Virus record (IMG/VR): IMGVR_UViG_3300009181_000033
Location: 62,001-126,000 of that record
Direction: 5' to 3' (one strand)
Length of the DNA stretch: 64,000 nucleotides
The translations under genes were made by a program, and so were the position numbers. Shown here one piece after another: positions 19,239 through 29,038 of the stretch. Below the pieces are notes generated by a model. That model saw nothing but the letters and a program-made list of their open reading frames with translations, was not told the DNA's origin and made no database searches. Numbering within the stretch: the first letter of the stretch is position 1; each line of letters opens with the position of its first letter.

Positions 19239-22200
19239 TCAACCAATTAGGGTGAATGGTGCAGTGGGTGGCGTGAAGTCTCCACTGTACAACGCAGTTC
19301 CCTTGGTGAATCGCACTTCGTCAATGTAGCCATTGAACTCAATTCCCAAAACAGTGGAATAGTCAAACACGTTGCCCAAAATCAAACCATTTTGAGCCAA
19401 GTTAAACGAAAATGTTGTTGAGCCATCGCACACACCGTTCAAGTAAACGTATACTGTGTTTCCTTTTCTAGAAACTGCAACGTGATACCAGGTGTTTAAT
19501 TGGATCGCAGTATTGCAAGTCAGATAGGTACCACCTGCTGTATAGAGCTTCAACTTATTCGCAGAGTTCGTACAGATGAGGAGACCATCCTGTGAACTAA
19601 CTCTGGTGTCAACCATACTATTGTAGTAGTCTCCAGGGAAACCCGTGCTCATGGCACTCATATTGAACCAATACTCTATTGTAAAGTCACCTGTTCCAAG
19701 CGCAAAGTCAGAAGAAGTCGCCGCAACCCTTGCGCCCGACCCTCTACCTCCTGGTAGATAGAGCGAAGAACTTCCAAATTTCGACTTGGTCGTTGAGATA
19801 GCAGTCCCGGTCCCATACGCTGTAAATGTCTTTGGTGAAGTTGAACTGTCCGTGAACGTTGTGCTTCCATTTGATCCCTCAAAGTGAAGCAAACAATTAT
19901 TCCCATCGGTAAATGGTGCAGTGGGTGGCGTGAAGCTGTTGTTGTAGGCACACTTTCCAACCAATATGCGGAATTCATCAAAGTAACCATTGGTTGTTCT
20001 GGCACCGCCGGCGGCTGTCGGACAATTTCCGATATAAATTGTATCAGTGTATAAGGTTCCTGTAGCCCCTGACGTTCCAACAAGATTTCCATCGTAATAG
20101 ATCTTTATTGGACCCGAGCTGGTTTCTCTTGTTACTGCGAAATGGTGCCAAGCATTTGCAGTGACTGTACCAGTCGCCGCCAATGAACCACCCCAGCTAG
20201 TACCGTTATATGACCAATACGAATACAATTGATTTGCACCAGTCACCATCAAAAGCAATCCTTTAAATTCATCACCTGTTATTATAAATTGCTCACCTGC
20301 GCTTAAAGCATTCAGGTAGAACCAACCCTCAATGGTGAAGGGACGGTCGAGGAGAGCAATGGGTCTAGCTTCGGTGCGATCCATTTTGACATAATTTGCA
20401 ACATTTCCATTTAGTTTTAGAGAAGAACCTCCAAATTTTGACTGCAATGTTGAAATTTGAGCGGCACCGATAAATGAAACTCTACAAGGCGCAATATTCG
20501 TTGTTTCGTCTATCGTTGAAGTTTGACCATTGATGCCATCAAAATTTAACAAAACTGCAGTCTTTGAATTGCCGGTAACTGGTGTGGTTGGAGCAGTGAA
20601 ATTTCCAGTATAAACTGCCTCACCTAATTGAACCCTTATGTTGTCCATGTAACCATCAAAAGGTGATATTGACTGGGCATGCGCAGCCAAACCTACGTAG
20701 AAATAACGGTAGGAACCAAATGTTGTATTGCAAGCTTGTGACAACACAGATGTACCATTAACATAAATGTTAAATGTGGATCCATTACGAACTGCTGCTA
20801 TGTGGTACCACTGATTAATCTGTGGAACAAACGAAGTGACCCCCGCATAACCGGTCGCATCATCAACAAATCTCAGTACATTTGTTGAACTTTGAATAAA
20901 CAATTGAGGACCAGCAACACCCGCAGAACCATTCCAGAACTCTATGAGATTTTGGAAACCAATGTTGTTGGAATTAAAGTAGAACCAACCTTCCATCGTG
21001 AAGTCTTGTGTTCCAAAGGAATAAGTGTTTGCACTTGGGTTTGCGAACTGGAGCTTGTTGGTGTTGGTGCCATTGAGGTAAAGGGATTTGCCACCGAACT
21101 TTGATTGGGCGGTGGAGGTGGCAACGGTGCCGATGCGATGCTGGGTTAGGGGAGATTGGGCAGAGTCTAAAAGGGGAGAAACGTCTTTTACGGTAACAGT
21201 ACTGTTGCCATTATTTGAAACAAATAATTTTGAATTTGCAGCAACAACACCATAAGGATTAGTAAATCCTGCAAAAGTTGTCGTAACTGAATTTGTTGAA
21301 ATGTCTATAACAGAAACTGTGTTTCCACTATAATTAGCAACATATAGTTTTTTGCCATCTGGACTCACAGATGATCCATATGGTGCTGCACCGACAGTGA
21401 TATCGGTTCCTTTTGTTGAGCTTGAAAAATAAACTGGTGACACGGTCCCGCTAGCATTAGTGTAATTTGAATAGTAAGCAGCGTTAGTTGCTTTTGTTGC
21501 AACATAAGCTCCGGAAAAACCGGTTAAAGTTGACAACAGAGATATAGCACCAGTATCTTGGTTTAAAGAATAAACCTTTACGCTAGATCCTAAGCTTACA
21601 TATAATTTAGTGCCATCAGACGATACTACTGGGGCATATACACCCCATGTCGTGTCTCCCAATAGTGTAGCCGAAGGTGTTGCGGCAGTTAAATCAATCC
21701 TATATAAACCTGCGTTTTGACATGCGACGAATAAAAATTTATCATTTGTAGTTATTGCCGACGAATGAACGCCAGTTCCTGTTGTCACAGAGCTAAAAGA
21801 GCCATTTGTTGTGTCTACAATATAAACTTTATTTTGACTGTAGTTAGTTCCATAAATTTTCGTACCCGTTGAATTTATTGTCAACTGGTGAATTTTATTA
21901 CCCTCTGTTTCGAGAGTTTGTGTTTTCGTTCCTGAGGCAACGTCAATTACATGAATTCCACTTCCCGAAGCGAGAGACCATGAACCAATATAAGCTTTTG
22001 CACCATCAGGCGAAAGAATACCTTGCATTGGTGTTGTGGCGCTTATTGTTGAGTCTGCCACCGAAGCAGCGTCATCGAAGTGCAGCAACATCTTCGTATA
22101 AGGATCAGTAGTGATCGTGGCGGTTCCATTGATAATCTGCTGGATGATAGAAGATGTCCTCTTACGAAGAGCGGTCTTCGACATGTCACCCTTGTTCTTG

Positions 22201-22241
22201 GCGACGACCTTGGTCATGTCGCCCTTAAATTTTATAGGCAT
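19239..22241 (-). CDS. large virion adhesin-like protein: YVTN beta-propeller + three LamG/concanavalin-like domains
   Basis: LYVANYSGNTVSVID; repeated SKFGGSS / FTIEGWFY / WYHIA / GYxDE units; true start MPIKFKG at 22241. Confidence 0.85.
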   Translation of the reverse strand: MPIKFKGDMTKVVAKNKGDMSKTALRKRTSSIIQQIINGTATITTDPYTKMLLHFDDAASVADSTISATTPMQGILSPDGAKAYIGSWSLASGSGIHVIDVASGTKTQTLETEGNKIHQLTINSTGTKIYGTNYSQNKVYIVDTTNGSFSSVTTGTGVHSSAITTNDKFLFVACQNAGLYRIDLTAATPSATLLGDTTWGVYAPVVSSDGTKLYVSLGSSVKVYSLNQDTGAISLLSTLTGFSGAYVATKATNAAYYSNYTNASGTVSPVYFSSSTKGTDITVGAAPYGSSVSPDGKKLYVANYSGNTVSVIDISTNSVTTTFAGFTNPYGVVAANSKLFVSNNGNSTVTVKDVSPLLDSAQSPLTQHRIGTVATSTAQSKFGGKSLYLNGTNTNKLQFANPSANTYSFGTQDFTMEGWFYFNSNNIGFQNLIEFWNGSAGVAGPQLFIQSSTNVLRFVDDATGYAGVTSFVPQINQWYHIAAVRNGSTFNIYVNGTSVLSQACNTTFGSYRYFYVGLAAHAQSISPFDGYMDNIRVQLGEAVYTGNFTAPTTPVTGNSKTAVLLNFDGINGQTSTIDETTNIAPCRVSFIGAAQISTLQSKFGGSSLKLNGNVANYVKMDRTEARPIALLDRPFTIEGWFYLNALSAGEQFIITGDEFKGLLLMVTGANQLYSYWSYNGTSWGGSLAATGTVTANAWHHFAVTRETSSGPIKIYYDGNLVGTSGATGTLYTDTIYIGNCPTAAGGARTTNGYFDEFRILVGKCAYNNSFTPPTAPFTDGNNCLLHFEGSNGSTTFTDSSTSPKTFTAYGTGTAISTTKSKFGSSSLYLPGGRGSGARVAATSSDFALGTGDFTIEYWFNMSAMSTGFPGDYYNSMVDTRVSSQDGLLICTNSANKLKLYTAGGTYLTCNTAIQLNTWYHVAVSRKGNTVYVYLNGVCDGSTTFSFNLAQNGLILGNVFDYSTVLGIEFNGYIDEVRFTKGTALYSGDFTPPTAPFTLIG

Positions 22242-22307
22242 AATAGTACTAATTTCCTTTCCGGAACTCCGCGAAAGTTCCGTCGACGTATAAATATAAT
22301 TCAATGT
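22201..22307 (-). repeat. 107-bp perfect inverted repeat, copy A (partner 51499-51605)
   Basis: Direct comparison; covers ATATTTA, a 5' UTR hairpin, the RBS and the first ~13 codons. Confidence 0.92.
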
Positions 22308-22314
22308 CGAATAT

Positions 22315-22590
22315 TTAAAATTTAAAAGCGCTGTCCTTCGGCGCGTCCAGGACCAGGTGCATGTCTCCTTCCCACACATCGAAAGACTTGATGAATCCAT
22401 CGATTAAAATGGTGGCTGTGACCATCGGTGGGAAAACCAATTGTCCTTCTTCTGGCAGCTCGAGCGCCAACAACAGGCCCGTATAGCGCCGGCCGCCGGA
22501 ATATACGTCGACAAAATCGCCGGGCTTGAAATCTTTCCAATTCGAATTTTTCACGGCCATCTCACTTGACATTGAACAGGAAAAATCCAA
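22315..22590 (-). CDS. MKPGD-family small protein (FKPGDFV)
   Basis: Family motif; start probably MAVKNS. Confidence 0.65.
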   Translation of the reverse strand: MDFSCSMSSEMAVKNSNWKDFKPGDFVDVYSGGRRYTGLLLALELPEEGQLVFPPMVTATILIDGFIKSFDVWEGDMHLVLDAPKDSAFKF

Positions 22591-22984
22591 ACAACATCAC
22601 GGCCGTCGCAACAACTTTCCTCACCGTCAACTGCTCACCTAAAAATATCACGGTCAAAGCAGTCGTCACCACCGGGCTCGTCGACACCATCGTCGACAAC
22701 ATCCCAGGGTCAGAACTCCCCTTCAACAAGGTGCCAAACATGACGGCCGCAAACACGTTCATCAAGAGGCTTATGACGGCAAATAAAACGCCCAAAGAAC
22801 TGTACCCAACAATCCCATTCCTATTTATCAAATAAAGGAAAACTGGAATCTCCAACGCGTATACGGCGCCGGCGACGATCTGCATCTGATACGGATGAAT
22901 GCGATCCACCGCCATCTTTCTGAAAAATGCCGACACACCAAACAACAGGATCGTCGGAATCAATAAACCCAGGTGCTTCAACAT
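22562..22984 (-). CDS. EamA/DMT-family membrane transporter
   Basis: Multiple TM helices, SPVVT...FLGEQLT motif. Confidence 0.8.
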   Translation of the reverse strand: MLKHLGLLIPTILLFGVSAFFRKMAVDRIHPYQMQIVAGAVYALEIPVFLYLINRNGIVGYSSLGVLFAVISLLMNVFAAVMFGTLLKGSSDPGMLSTMVSTSPVVTTALTVIFLGEQLTVRKVVATAVMLFGFFLFNVK

Positions 22985-23048
22985 AAATTTCGAAAACTAT
23001 ATATTGTCGTTCCCCAGCGTTTTAGCAATTTTTAATTTTATTTTTAGA

Positions 23049-23609
23049 TCAACATCCGTCGTCGTCCAACACCTTTTCCCTCATGCGACCCAAAAGGCCA
23101 CCCAGGCCTTCCTTTTTAATGATCCTGTCGAACTGTCTCCGATAATTCTCTGATAAACTCATCCCCTCGAATTCTATGTCAACCACCTTATATCCGCCAT
23201 CCTCATTCCTCAGCCTATAACCAACCTCAACAGGCTCGGCACGAGAACTCCTTGGCGGAACAGCAACTCCCCTAACAAAATCACCCTCGGAAGTCCACGC
23301 AACCTTCCAACCAACGACACCCTTGATGTTTCTCTGATAACTCCTCCTCACCAGAATTCCCATCATCATACGAAACTCAAGGCGCTCAACATCTGTCATC
23401 CCAGACCAGTGGTCATGCATTGCAGACTGCGCCATCGCCTCGTAATCAACCACCTCGTCAAGCACAAGCAACAAAGCAGTCGGATTCTTTGCACTCCTCA
23501 GAATCTCGGAATGCTTGGCAACCACGTACTCCTGGGGAGTCAGGGCAAAAACATCACAAGCAGATAGTCCAACAAAACAAAAAACAAAGGCACACAAGGA
23601 CTTCTTCAT
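23049..23609 (-). CDS. mlaC: MlaC/Ttg2D-like periplasmic phospholipid-binding protein
   Basis: Signal peptide, DYEAMAQ..M..HW, YKVVDIEFEGMSL.ENYRRQF..II. Confidence 0.85.
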   Translation of the reverse strand: MKKSLCAFVFCFVGLSACDVFALTPQEYVVAKHSEILRSAKNPTALLLVLDEVVDYEAMAQSAMHDHWSGMTDVERLEFRMMMGILVRRSYQRNIKGVVGWKVAWTSEGDFVRGVAVPPRSSRAEPVEVGYRLRNEDGGYKVVDIEFEGMSLSENYRRQFDRIIKKEGLGGLLGRMREKVLDDDGC

Positions 23610-23837
23610 GGCACAAATCTATGTTCCTTCAATAAGCATGTATAAAACATTTCATGACATTTTGATCACGAAATAATCACGCAGTCACAGCACCCTTGAG
23701 GCTCGTGCCAAATCCTTCAACAAATTTGATTCGATACGTGAATAACTTTCCTCCCACCGAGCTCACACAAAGCCACCCCTATTTTTTCTCAAATATATTC
23801 ACACACAAAAACTTTAATCTACATATATAGCTTCGTC

Positions 23838-24209
23838 ATGAAGCTACTCAATAAACTCGTTGCCAAAATACACGAAATAAAGAAGTCACACCTCAGGTCA
23901 CCACAATGGGACGAAGTCAGGGACGCGTTCGTCAAAAAATACCCGACATGTGCAGCATGCGGCGGCACGGAATCCCTACAAGTCCACCACATAAAACCAT
24001 TCCACCTACATCCGGAATTGGAACTCGACGAGGGTAACCTCATCAGCCTATGCATGGGCGAACACAACTGTCACCTCAACATCGGCCACGGCGACTCATT
24101 CAAATGCTACAACCCGGACGTCGACATCGACTCCGCCCACTTCAGGCTCGGCTCCCCCAACGAGAGAAAATTTATCATAGAAAACGCAAAAAAGAAGCGG
24201 CGCTCCTGA
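23838..24209 (+). CDS. HNH endonuclease
   Basis: CAACG...QVHHI.P...NLISLC...CH. Confidence 0.85.
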   Translation: MKLLNKLVAKIHEIKKSHLRSPQWDEVRDAFVKKYPTCAACGGTESLQVHHIKPFHLHPELELDEGNLISLCMGEHNCHLNIGHGDSFKCYNPDVDIDSAHFRLGSPNERKFIIENAKKKRRS

Positions 24210-24215
24210 GAATAT

Positions 24216-24626
24216 TCACCGCGACCTGAACGCCGGCTTATACCGCTCAACAACCTGAACGTTCTCGCTCTCAACGCCCATCACCTCACGAATAACTCCC
24301 AAGGCACGATCCACGTCAAACGTCTTGCAGCTGAACGCGTCCAAACTAAAGAACCGCTGCAACGGCCACGCATGCACACTCAAATGCGAAGTCGATATAA
24401 CCTGTACCCCGGTTATCCCTCCCTCGTCCTCAAAACACCCCGTCTCACGCACACGCTCGAGCACTTCAGGATCCACAGGAACCTCGTATATCATCGGTCG
24501 ATCCAATGGCTTCATCTCCAGCACATCGGTCAAAGCAGCAAACAATCTCCCTAAACCCGCGCGCGTGAACACAGCAACATCCCGCACACGAGCGTCAACA
24601 ATAATATGCAATCCAGCGTCTTCCAT
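24216..24626 (-). CDS. speD: S-adenosylmethionine decarboxylase proenzyme-like
   Basis: GLHIIVD, GITG...STSHLSVHAWP, LDAFSCK. Confidence 0.85.
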   Translation of the reverse strand: MEDAGLHIIVDARVRDVAVFTRAGLGRLFAALTDVLEMKPLDRPMIYEVPVDPEVLERVRETGCFEDEGGITGVQVISTSHLSVHAWPLQRFFSLDAFSCKTFDVDRALGVIREVMGVESENVQVVERYKPAFRSR

Positions 24627-24720
24627 CAGAAACTCCTTTCAGCGAACACGCATAACTATTCAACAAAAAAGAAAGGGCACCACACATGATGCCCTTCTAA
24701 TCATCTTTTCTAACTTCTAG

Positions 24721-24912
24721 TCACATCATCATAGGATCAATGTCGCCCATTTTCTTGTGAGCAGCCTGAGCCTCAGCCGGCTCATACTCGTGATCATATC
24801 CACAGGTACCACACGCCTCATAATCTGCCGGCACGTCAGCAGGAACTGCACCCATCACACGACTCACTTCTTCTTTAATAATTCTTCTTAATTGTGAAAC
24901 TGTTAATCTCAT
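24721..24912 (-). CDS. small protein with MRLT.SQLRRIIKEE leader
   Basis: Leader motif; CGTCG..H.Y. Confidence 0.7.
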   Translation of the reverse strand: MRLTVSQLRRIIKEEVSRVMGAVPADVPADYEACGTCGYDHEYEPAEAQAAHKKMGDIDPMMM

Positions 24913-25074
24913 CGTATATTTTCTCCCTGCTTGCTTATTGCTTAGTTATATATATTTCATAAAACAAAATGGGGGTTTTTACGCCCCCATTTTTATTAAC
25001 AATATTCCCGGGCTCCCCGGGCGCGCGATCGAGCACCCTTTTACAACCAACATTTTCAAGCTCGATCAATAAGG

Positions 25075-25446
25075 TTAGGCTGACAGCTCTCTTGAACTGA
25101 TCTCATCTGCCAAATTTCTTGAACTTGTTCCAATATAACCAAGAACCTCGCCCAAGGCTCGGGCCGCAGGATTCTTGCCCTCACCGGTCATCTTAAACCC
25201 AGCTGAATCAAGAATGTACCCATAGAGGCCTCGAAGATCCAACTTCCTCGAAAGAGCTCCAACAGCCTTCGGCGTCGACATCAGCTCCTTCGCTGCCTCA
25301 AGAACACCAGGCACATCATGCATCTTCCGTATCACAACAGCCCCTCCCACCGTATCCTCATGCTCACCACCAACATTCTTCATGTCCTCAGACAAACCAA
25401 TCTCTTCCCGAATAATCCGCCTGAGCTGCAACGTCGTCAACTTCAT
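25075..25446 (-). CDS. putative virion protein with MKLTTLQLRRIIREE leader
   Basis: Leader motif; ATAGTTA upstream. Confidence 0.7.
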   Translation of the reverse strand: MKLTTLQLRRIIREEIGLSEDMKNVGGEHEDTVGGAVVIRKMHDVPGVLEAAKELMSTPKAVGALSRKLDLRGLYGYILDSAGFKMTGEGKNPAARALGEVLGYIGTSSRNLADEISSRELSA

Positions 25447-25476
25447 GCCCATAACTATGGACCCCTCCCACAAAAC

Positions 25477-25761
25477 CTAAAACTCTCTCGTCGTACGATA
25501 ATCAAACTCAATCGCACCATCATCGTTCTTGTACGCTATCACTGACACACGCCACTTCTCCCGACCCTCCTCAGCAAACGTATCCGCCATCACCTCAACA
25601 GCATCCATCACATCATCCAACACCCCAGGATCTGTCGTCCACTGTTCCACAAATTCAGACAACGACTGCTCACTCCCCTCAAACATCCCATGCGTACAAT
25701 CCTCACGATGCGAATCCCAAATGTATTGCAACCTCGACATAATAAAATCTTCCTTTCTCAA
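25477..25761 (-). CDS. hypothetical acidic protein
   Basis: ORF with RBS-like GAAAGGA before MSRLQY. Confidence 0.6.
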   Translation of the reverse strand: MRKEDFIMSRLQYIWDSHREDCTHGMFEGSEQSLSEFVEQWTTDPGVLDDVMDAVEVMADTFAEEGREKWRVSVIAYKNDDGAIEFDYRTTREF

Positions 25762-25779
25762 CTCAAATCACACATAAAA

Positions 25780-26050
25780 CAAATTCCAAAAAAAATTTCC
25801 GGGAAATTTTCGAGAATACAACTGACACCAAAAAAACCATCCCACGGAAAATAGCCCGCAAGGCAAAGCAAACGAATGGGAAAAAATCCCCGGGAATTTT
25901 CGAACACCCTTAGCCGCGGCGGTGCTGCAGAAAGCCCACATAGTTCGCATATGGCCGGGGGGCCCCGGGGCTAAAAGGGGCTGTTTTGGGGCTGTTTTTG
26001 GGGCCCACCTGGCTGCATTTAGGCTTATTTTGGCGCCTTTTTGAGGGGGG
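25780..26050. other. strand-skew switch site 1 (C/A-rich to G/T-rich); candidate terminus or origin
   Basis: Non-coding; repeated AAAA(T)..CCGGGAA(A)TTTTCGA; GC palindromes; motifs shared in inverted form with 49285-49523. Confidence 0.55.
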
Positions 26051-26597
26051 CTGGTGGGTTGTTGTGGGGGCTGGAGGAGGCTGGGGGTGGCTGGGGTGTA
26101 TACCATTCGATGTCATCTAGGTTATAGGTATCGAAGAGGGAGGGGGAGTGTGAGGGTAGGGGGATTGAGGATAGGTCGAGTTCGAAGTTGTCGTGCCAAA
26201 TTGCCATAGTTTCGTGGATGTTGTGTGGGGGTGAGGGGAGTGATTCTGGGGGTTGGGTGATTTTGAAGGACTGCATTCTGATAAGTAGGTGGAGATTCCT
26301 TTGTTTCAGCCGAAGATTTTGAAGTAGAGCCAGATGAAGGGTGAGGTGAAGAGGCCGAGGAGGATGATGGAGAGGATTGCGCAGCCTGGGGCTATGGATG
26401 TGGTGCCTTTGCCTTTGTTGGTGATGAGGTCTGTGGCTACGGCGGTTGCGAAGATCTTTCCTGTGTTGCTGGCTTTGAACATGGTGTTTCTCCTTTTTGT
26501 TTGGTTGTGTTTGGAGCGGGATGTCGGTAATGCTCCGACCTTTCGGGCTTGGAAAGCCCGCGCACATCTGTCTATACCAATCCCGCGAATGTGTGGG

Positions 26598-26670
26598 TGG
26601 GGCCGAACGGAATTGAACCGTTAACCTACCGGTTAAAAGCCGGCTGCTCTACCTGTTGAGCTACGGTCCC
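26598..26670 (-). tRNA. tRNA-Lys(TTT), A4-C69 mismatch, no encoded CCA
   Basis: Cloverleaf GGGACCG..CTTTTAA..GTTCAATT. Confidence 0.85.
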
Positions 26671-26764
26671 GGGTGTGTTACTTGGGATCCCCCATATGGA
26701 TCCTTTTCACTTATTCAATAATAAATACAATCTGCTGTTTCCTCGCACATGGGTTGAGGTAACA

Positions 26765-26839
26765 TGGCGACCTCACGGAGACTTGAACTCCGATATCGAC
26801 CTTGAAAGGGTCGAGTCCTGACCTTTAGACGATGAGGCC
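26765..26839 (-). tRNA. tRNA-Glu(TTC)
   Basis: Cloverleaf with CCA. Confidence 0.9.
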
Positions 26840-26869
26840 GTTGTGATTAATTGTCAAGTTAAGTTAGAT

Positions 26870-26960
26870 TGGCGGATTCTCAAGGATTCGAACCTTGGGT
26901 GGGCTATTAACCCACGGCGGTTTTCAAAACCGCTGCCTTAAACCTCTCGGCCAAGAATCC
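26870..26960 (-). tRNA. tRNA-Ser(TGA)
   Basis: Long variable arm, G73, CCA. Confidence 0.92.
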
Positions 26961-27100
26961 ATATGACTTACAGTGTTTCATTTGACTTTCTTAACTTAAT
27001 CTACCGAGTCTTAGTTTTACACCACCAGATTCACATTTTTTCATCCTCAAATCTTATTAGCTAAAAAAGTTAGACTAGCTGTCTAGGTCGTAATATATAT

Positions 27101-27883
27101 ATGATTATGGAACATAAAGATTTTCTGTGTGAGCATTGTGAGCGTGTCTGCAAGAATGCCATGTCGCTATCTCAACATCGTTTAAGATGTGAGAAGAATC
27201 CTGGGAATATTAAAGATAATTTCTATCTACCTTCTAGGAAGGGAAAATACAAGAAAGACAATCCTTCAGAGTTGACGTTGAAGAGGCGAGCTGCTCGAGC
27301 TAGAAAAGTCTTATTTGAGGAGAATGGCTCACTATCTTGCTTGTACTGTGAAAAACTCACCGAGGATTATTCATGTTTAACTGTACATGAATCAATGTGT
27401 CCAAAGAATCCCAACAGAGGAGACAGAAGCCTTAGTGAAGAGACTAAAAAGAAATTATCACTTATCACGAAGGGTAGAAAGATGTCAGATGAGTTTAAGA
27501 CAAAGATTAGTGAGGCAATGAAGCGAGCTATTCTTGAGCATCCTGAATCTTATACGTCATCCAACAGAGGAAGGGTAAAACAGATTATTGTCGATGGAGT
27601 TAAGCTTCATGGTTCATGGGAGGCAACTTTTTATTCCTGGGCAAAAGAAAATAATCTGAATCCTGAAAGGTGTTTGACTGGATTTGATTACTTCTGGAAT
27701 GGGAAGAACAGAAAGTATTTTCCGGATTTTTATCTTCCGAATCTTGATCTTTATGTCGAAGTGAAAGGATATGAGACCGAACAAGATAGAGAAAAATGGA
27801 GACAGTTTCCTGAGAAGATTATTGTTCTAAAAAAAGAAGAGATAAGAAGCATTCTGAAAGGATCTTATTCAATCCGATTTTAA
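27101..27883 (+). CDS. free-standing homing-type endonuclease: Zn-finger repeats, NUMOD3-like helices, PD-(D/E)xK domain
   Basis: CEHC..H..C, SEETKKKLS, YFPDFYLP...YVEVKG; antisense inside the tRNA cluster. Confidence 0.8.
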   Translation: MIMEHKDFLCEHCERVCKNAMSLSQHRLRCEKNPGNIKDNFYLPSRKGKYKKDNPSELTLKRRAARARKVLFEENGSLSCLYCEKLTEDYSCLTVHESMCPKNPNRGDRSLSEETKKKLSLITKGRKMSDEFKTKISEAMKRAILEHPESYTSSNRGRVKQIIVDGVKLHGSWEATFYSWAKENNLNPERCLTGFDYFWNGKNRKYFPDFYLPNLDLYVEVKGYETEQDREKWRQFPEKIIVLKKEEIRSILKGSYSIRF

Positions 27884-27889
27884 AGAGTT

Positions 27890-27967
27890 TGGTGGAACGG
27901 GTGGGACTCGAACCCACACATGTCCGGTTATGAGCCGGGTAATCTGAACCAATTGATTTACCGTTCC
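27890..27967 (-). tRNA. tRNA(CAT), Met or Ile2
   Basis: Cloverleaf, CTCATAA loop, AATC/GATT D-stem, CCA. Confidence 0.85.
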
Positions 27968-27978
27968 ATTTAGAGATT

Positions 27979-28056
27979 TGGTGGGACAGGAGGGACTCGA
28001 ACCCCCACATGTTCGCTTATGAGGCGACTAATCTGAACCTATTGATTTACTGTCCC
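27979..28056 (-). tRNA. tRNA(CAT), Met or Ile2, tandem paralogue
   Basis: Same D-arm as the neighbour with covarying stems, CCA. Confidence 0.85.
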
Positions 28057-28067
28057 ATTTTAGTATT

Positions 28068-28144
28068 TGGCACCCCCAGATGGATTCGAACCACCGACCG
28101 GTCGGGTAGAAACCGACAGCTCTAATCCGCTGAGCTATGGGGGC
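28068..28144 (-). tRNA. tRNA-Arg(TCT)
   Basis: Cloverleaf, CCA. Confidence 0.9.
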
Positions 28145-28169
28145 GTGTTGTGTTTTCTTTTGTGATTTT

Positions 28170-28254
28170 TGGTGGAAGGTGATGGATTCGAACCATCGAA
28201 GGCGGTGCCGGCAGATTTACAGTCTGCTCCCTTTAGCCACTCGGGAAACCTTCC
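28170..28254 (-). tRNA. tRNA-Tyr(GTA)
   Basis: Long variable arm, CCA. Confidence 0.92.
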
Positions 28255-28285
28255 TTGGAGACGTTACGTTGATTATCAAAGAACG

Positions 28286-28371
28286 TGGTACCAGGGACGG
28301 GACTCGAACCCGTACGACTGTGAGGTCCGCGGATTTTAAGTCCGCTGCGTATACCATTCCGCCACCCTGGC
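28286..28371 (-). tRNA. tRNA-Leu(TAA)
   Basis: Long variable arm, CCA. Confidence 0.92.
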
Positions 28372-28417
28372 AAGGTGAGGGACCTATTGTGACCGGGTCC
28401 CTGGGCGGTGTATTTAT

Positions 28418-28738
28418 TTACTTAGTTTTGGTCTTGGTCGCCGTTGGTGTCTTCTTGGTGGGTGTTGTCTTCTCGAGGAGGACTGGAACGACCTGTGCGT
28501 AGTAGGATGATGGGACGTCAGGTCGACGATGGTTGATGTTGGAGGCGCATGAGGCAGCCTTGGATCGTGAGTAGAAGATCTGGGCTTCGGCCTTGACAGA
28601 CCAGATTCCACGGAGTCGACCGGAGTATGCACGGCGGTTGAGGAACTTGCCTGCGTTTGCCTCCCGCACGATGTAGGCGGTGTAGTACTTGTCCATGTCG
28701 ATGTCTGAGGCGAACTGCTGCGTCTTGGTGTTATTCAT
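28418..28738 (-). CDS. hypothetical protein
   Basis: Promoter-like GTAAATC..TATAA upstream, hairpin downstream. Confidence 0.65.
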   Translation of the reverse strand: MNNTKTQQFASDIDMDKYYTAYIVREANAGKFLNRRAYSGRLRGIWSVKAEAQIFYSRSKAASCASNINHRRPDVPSSYYAQVVPVLLEKTTPTKKTPTATKTKTK

Positions 28739-28798
28739 GTTGTTTATATTATTCTTTCCTTGGCTGGATTTACAAACTATTTTTTGGGGTGGAATCTG

Positions 28799-29014
28799 TT
28801 AGGCTGCGAGGATTGTGGCGGTGTTGGAGGCGATGTGTTTGGCGTTGTCGTTGGTGGTGATGATGGCTTCTTGTGAGTTTGAGAAGAAGATGTTGTTGCG
28901 TGGGTCGATGATGGGGTCGATGTGGATGATGGGGAGGAAGGATCCTGAGGGAGTGAGGATGACTTGACCGATTTGGAGGGAGCTGACCTTGGTGGTTGTT
29001 GTGTTGTTGCTCAT
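28799..29014 (-). CDS. hypothetical protein (LQIGQVI)
   Basis: ORF track; KOW-like start. Confidence 0.55.
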   Translation of the reverse strand: MSNNTTTTKVSSLQIGQVILTPSGSFLPIIHIDPIIDPRNNIFFSNSQEAIITTNDNAKHIASNTATILAA

Positions 29015-29038
29015 GGTGGGTATAAGTATGTTGATTTT

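Noticed and set aside
22242-22400. N-terminal extensions given in the ORF track for the two adhesins (also 51424-51564)
   Set aside because: The shared sequence is promoter, hairpin and RBS; both genes most plausibly start at MPIKFKG.
25768-26624. Pro/His/Thr-rich ORFs near the skew sites (also 49078-49427)
   Set aside because: These are low-complexity products of the compositional skew. A few short real genes may exist at 26100-26480, but I could not support them.
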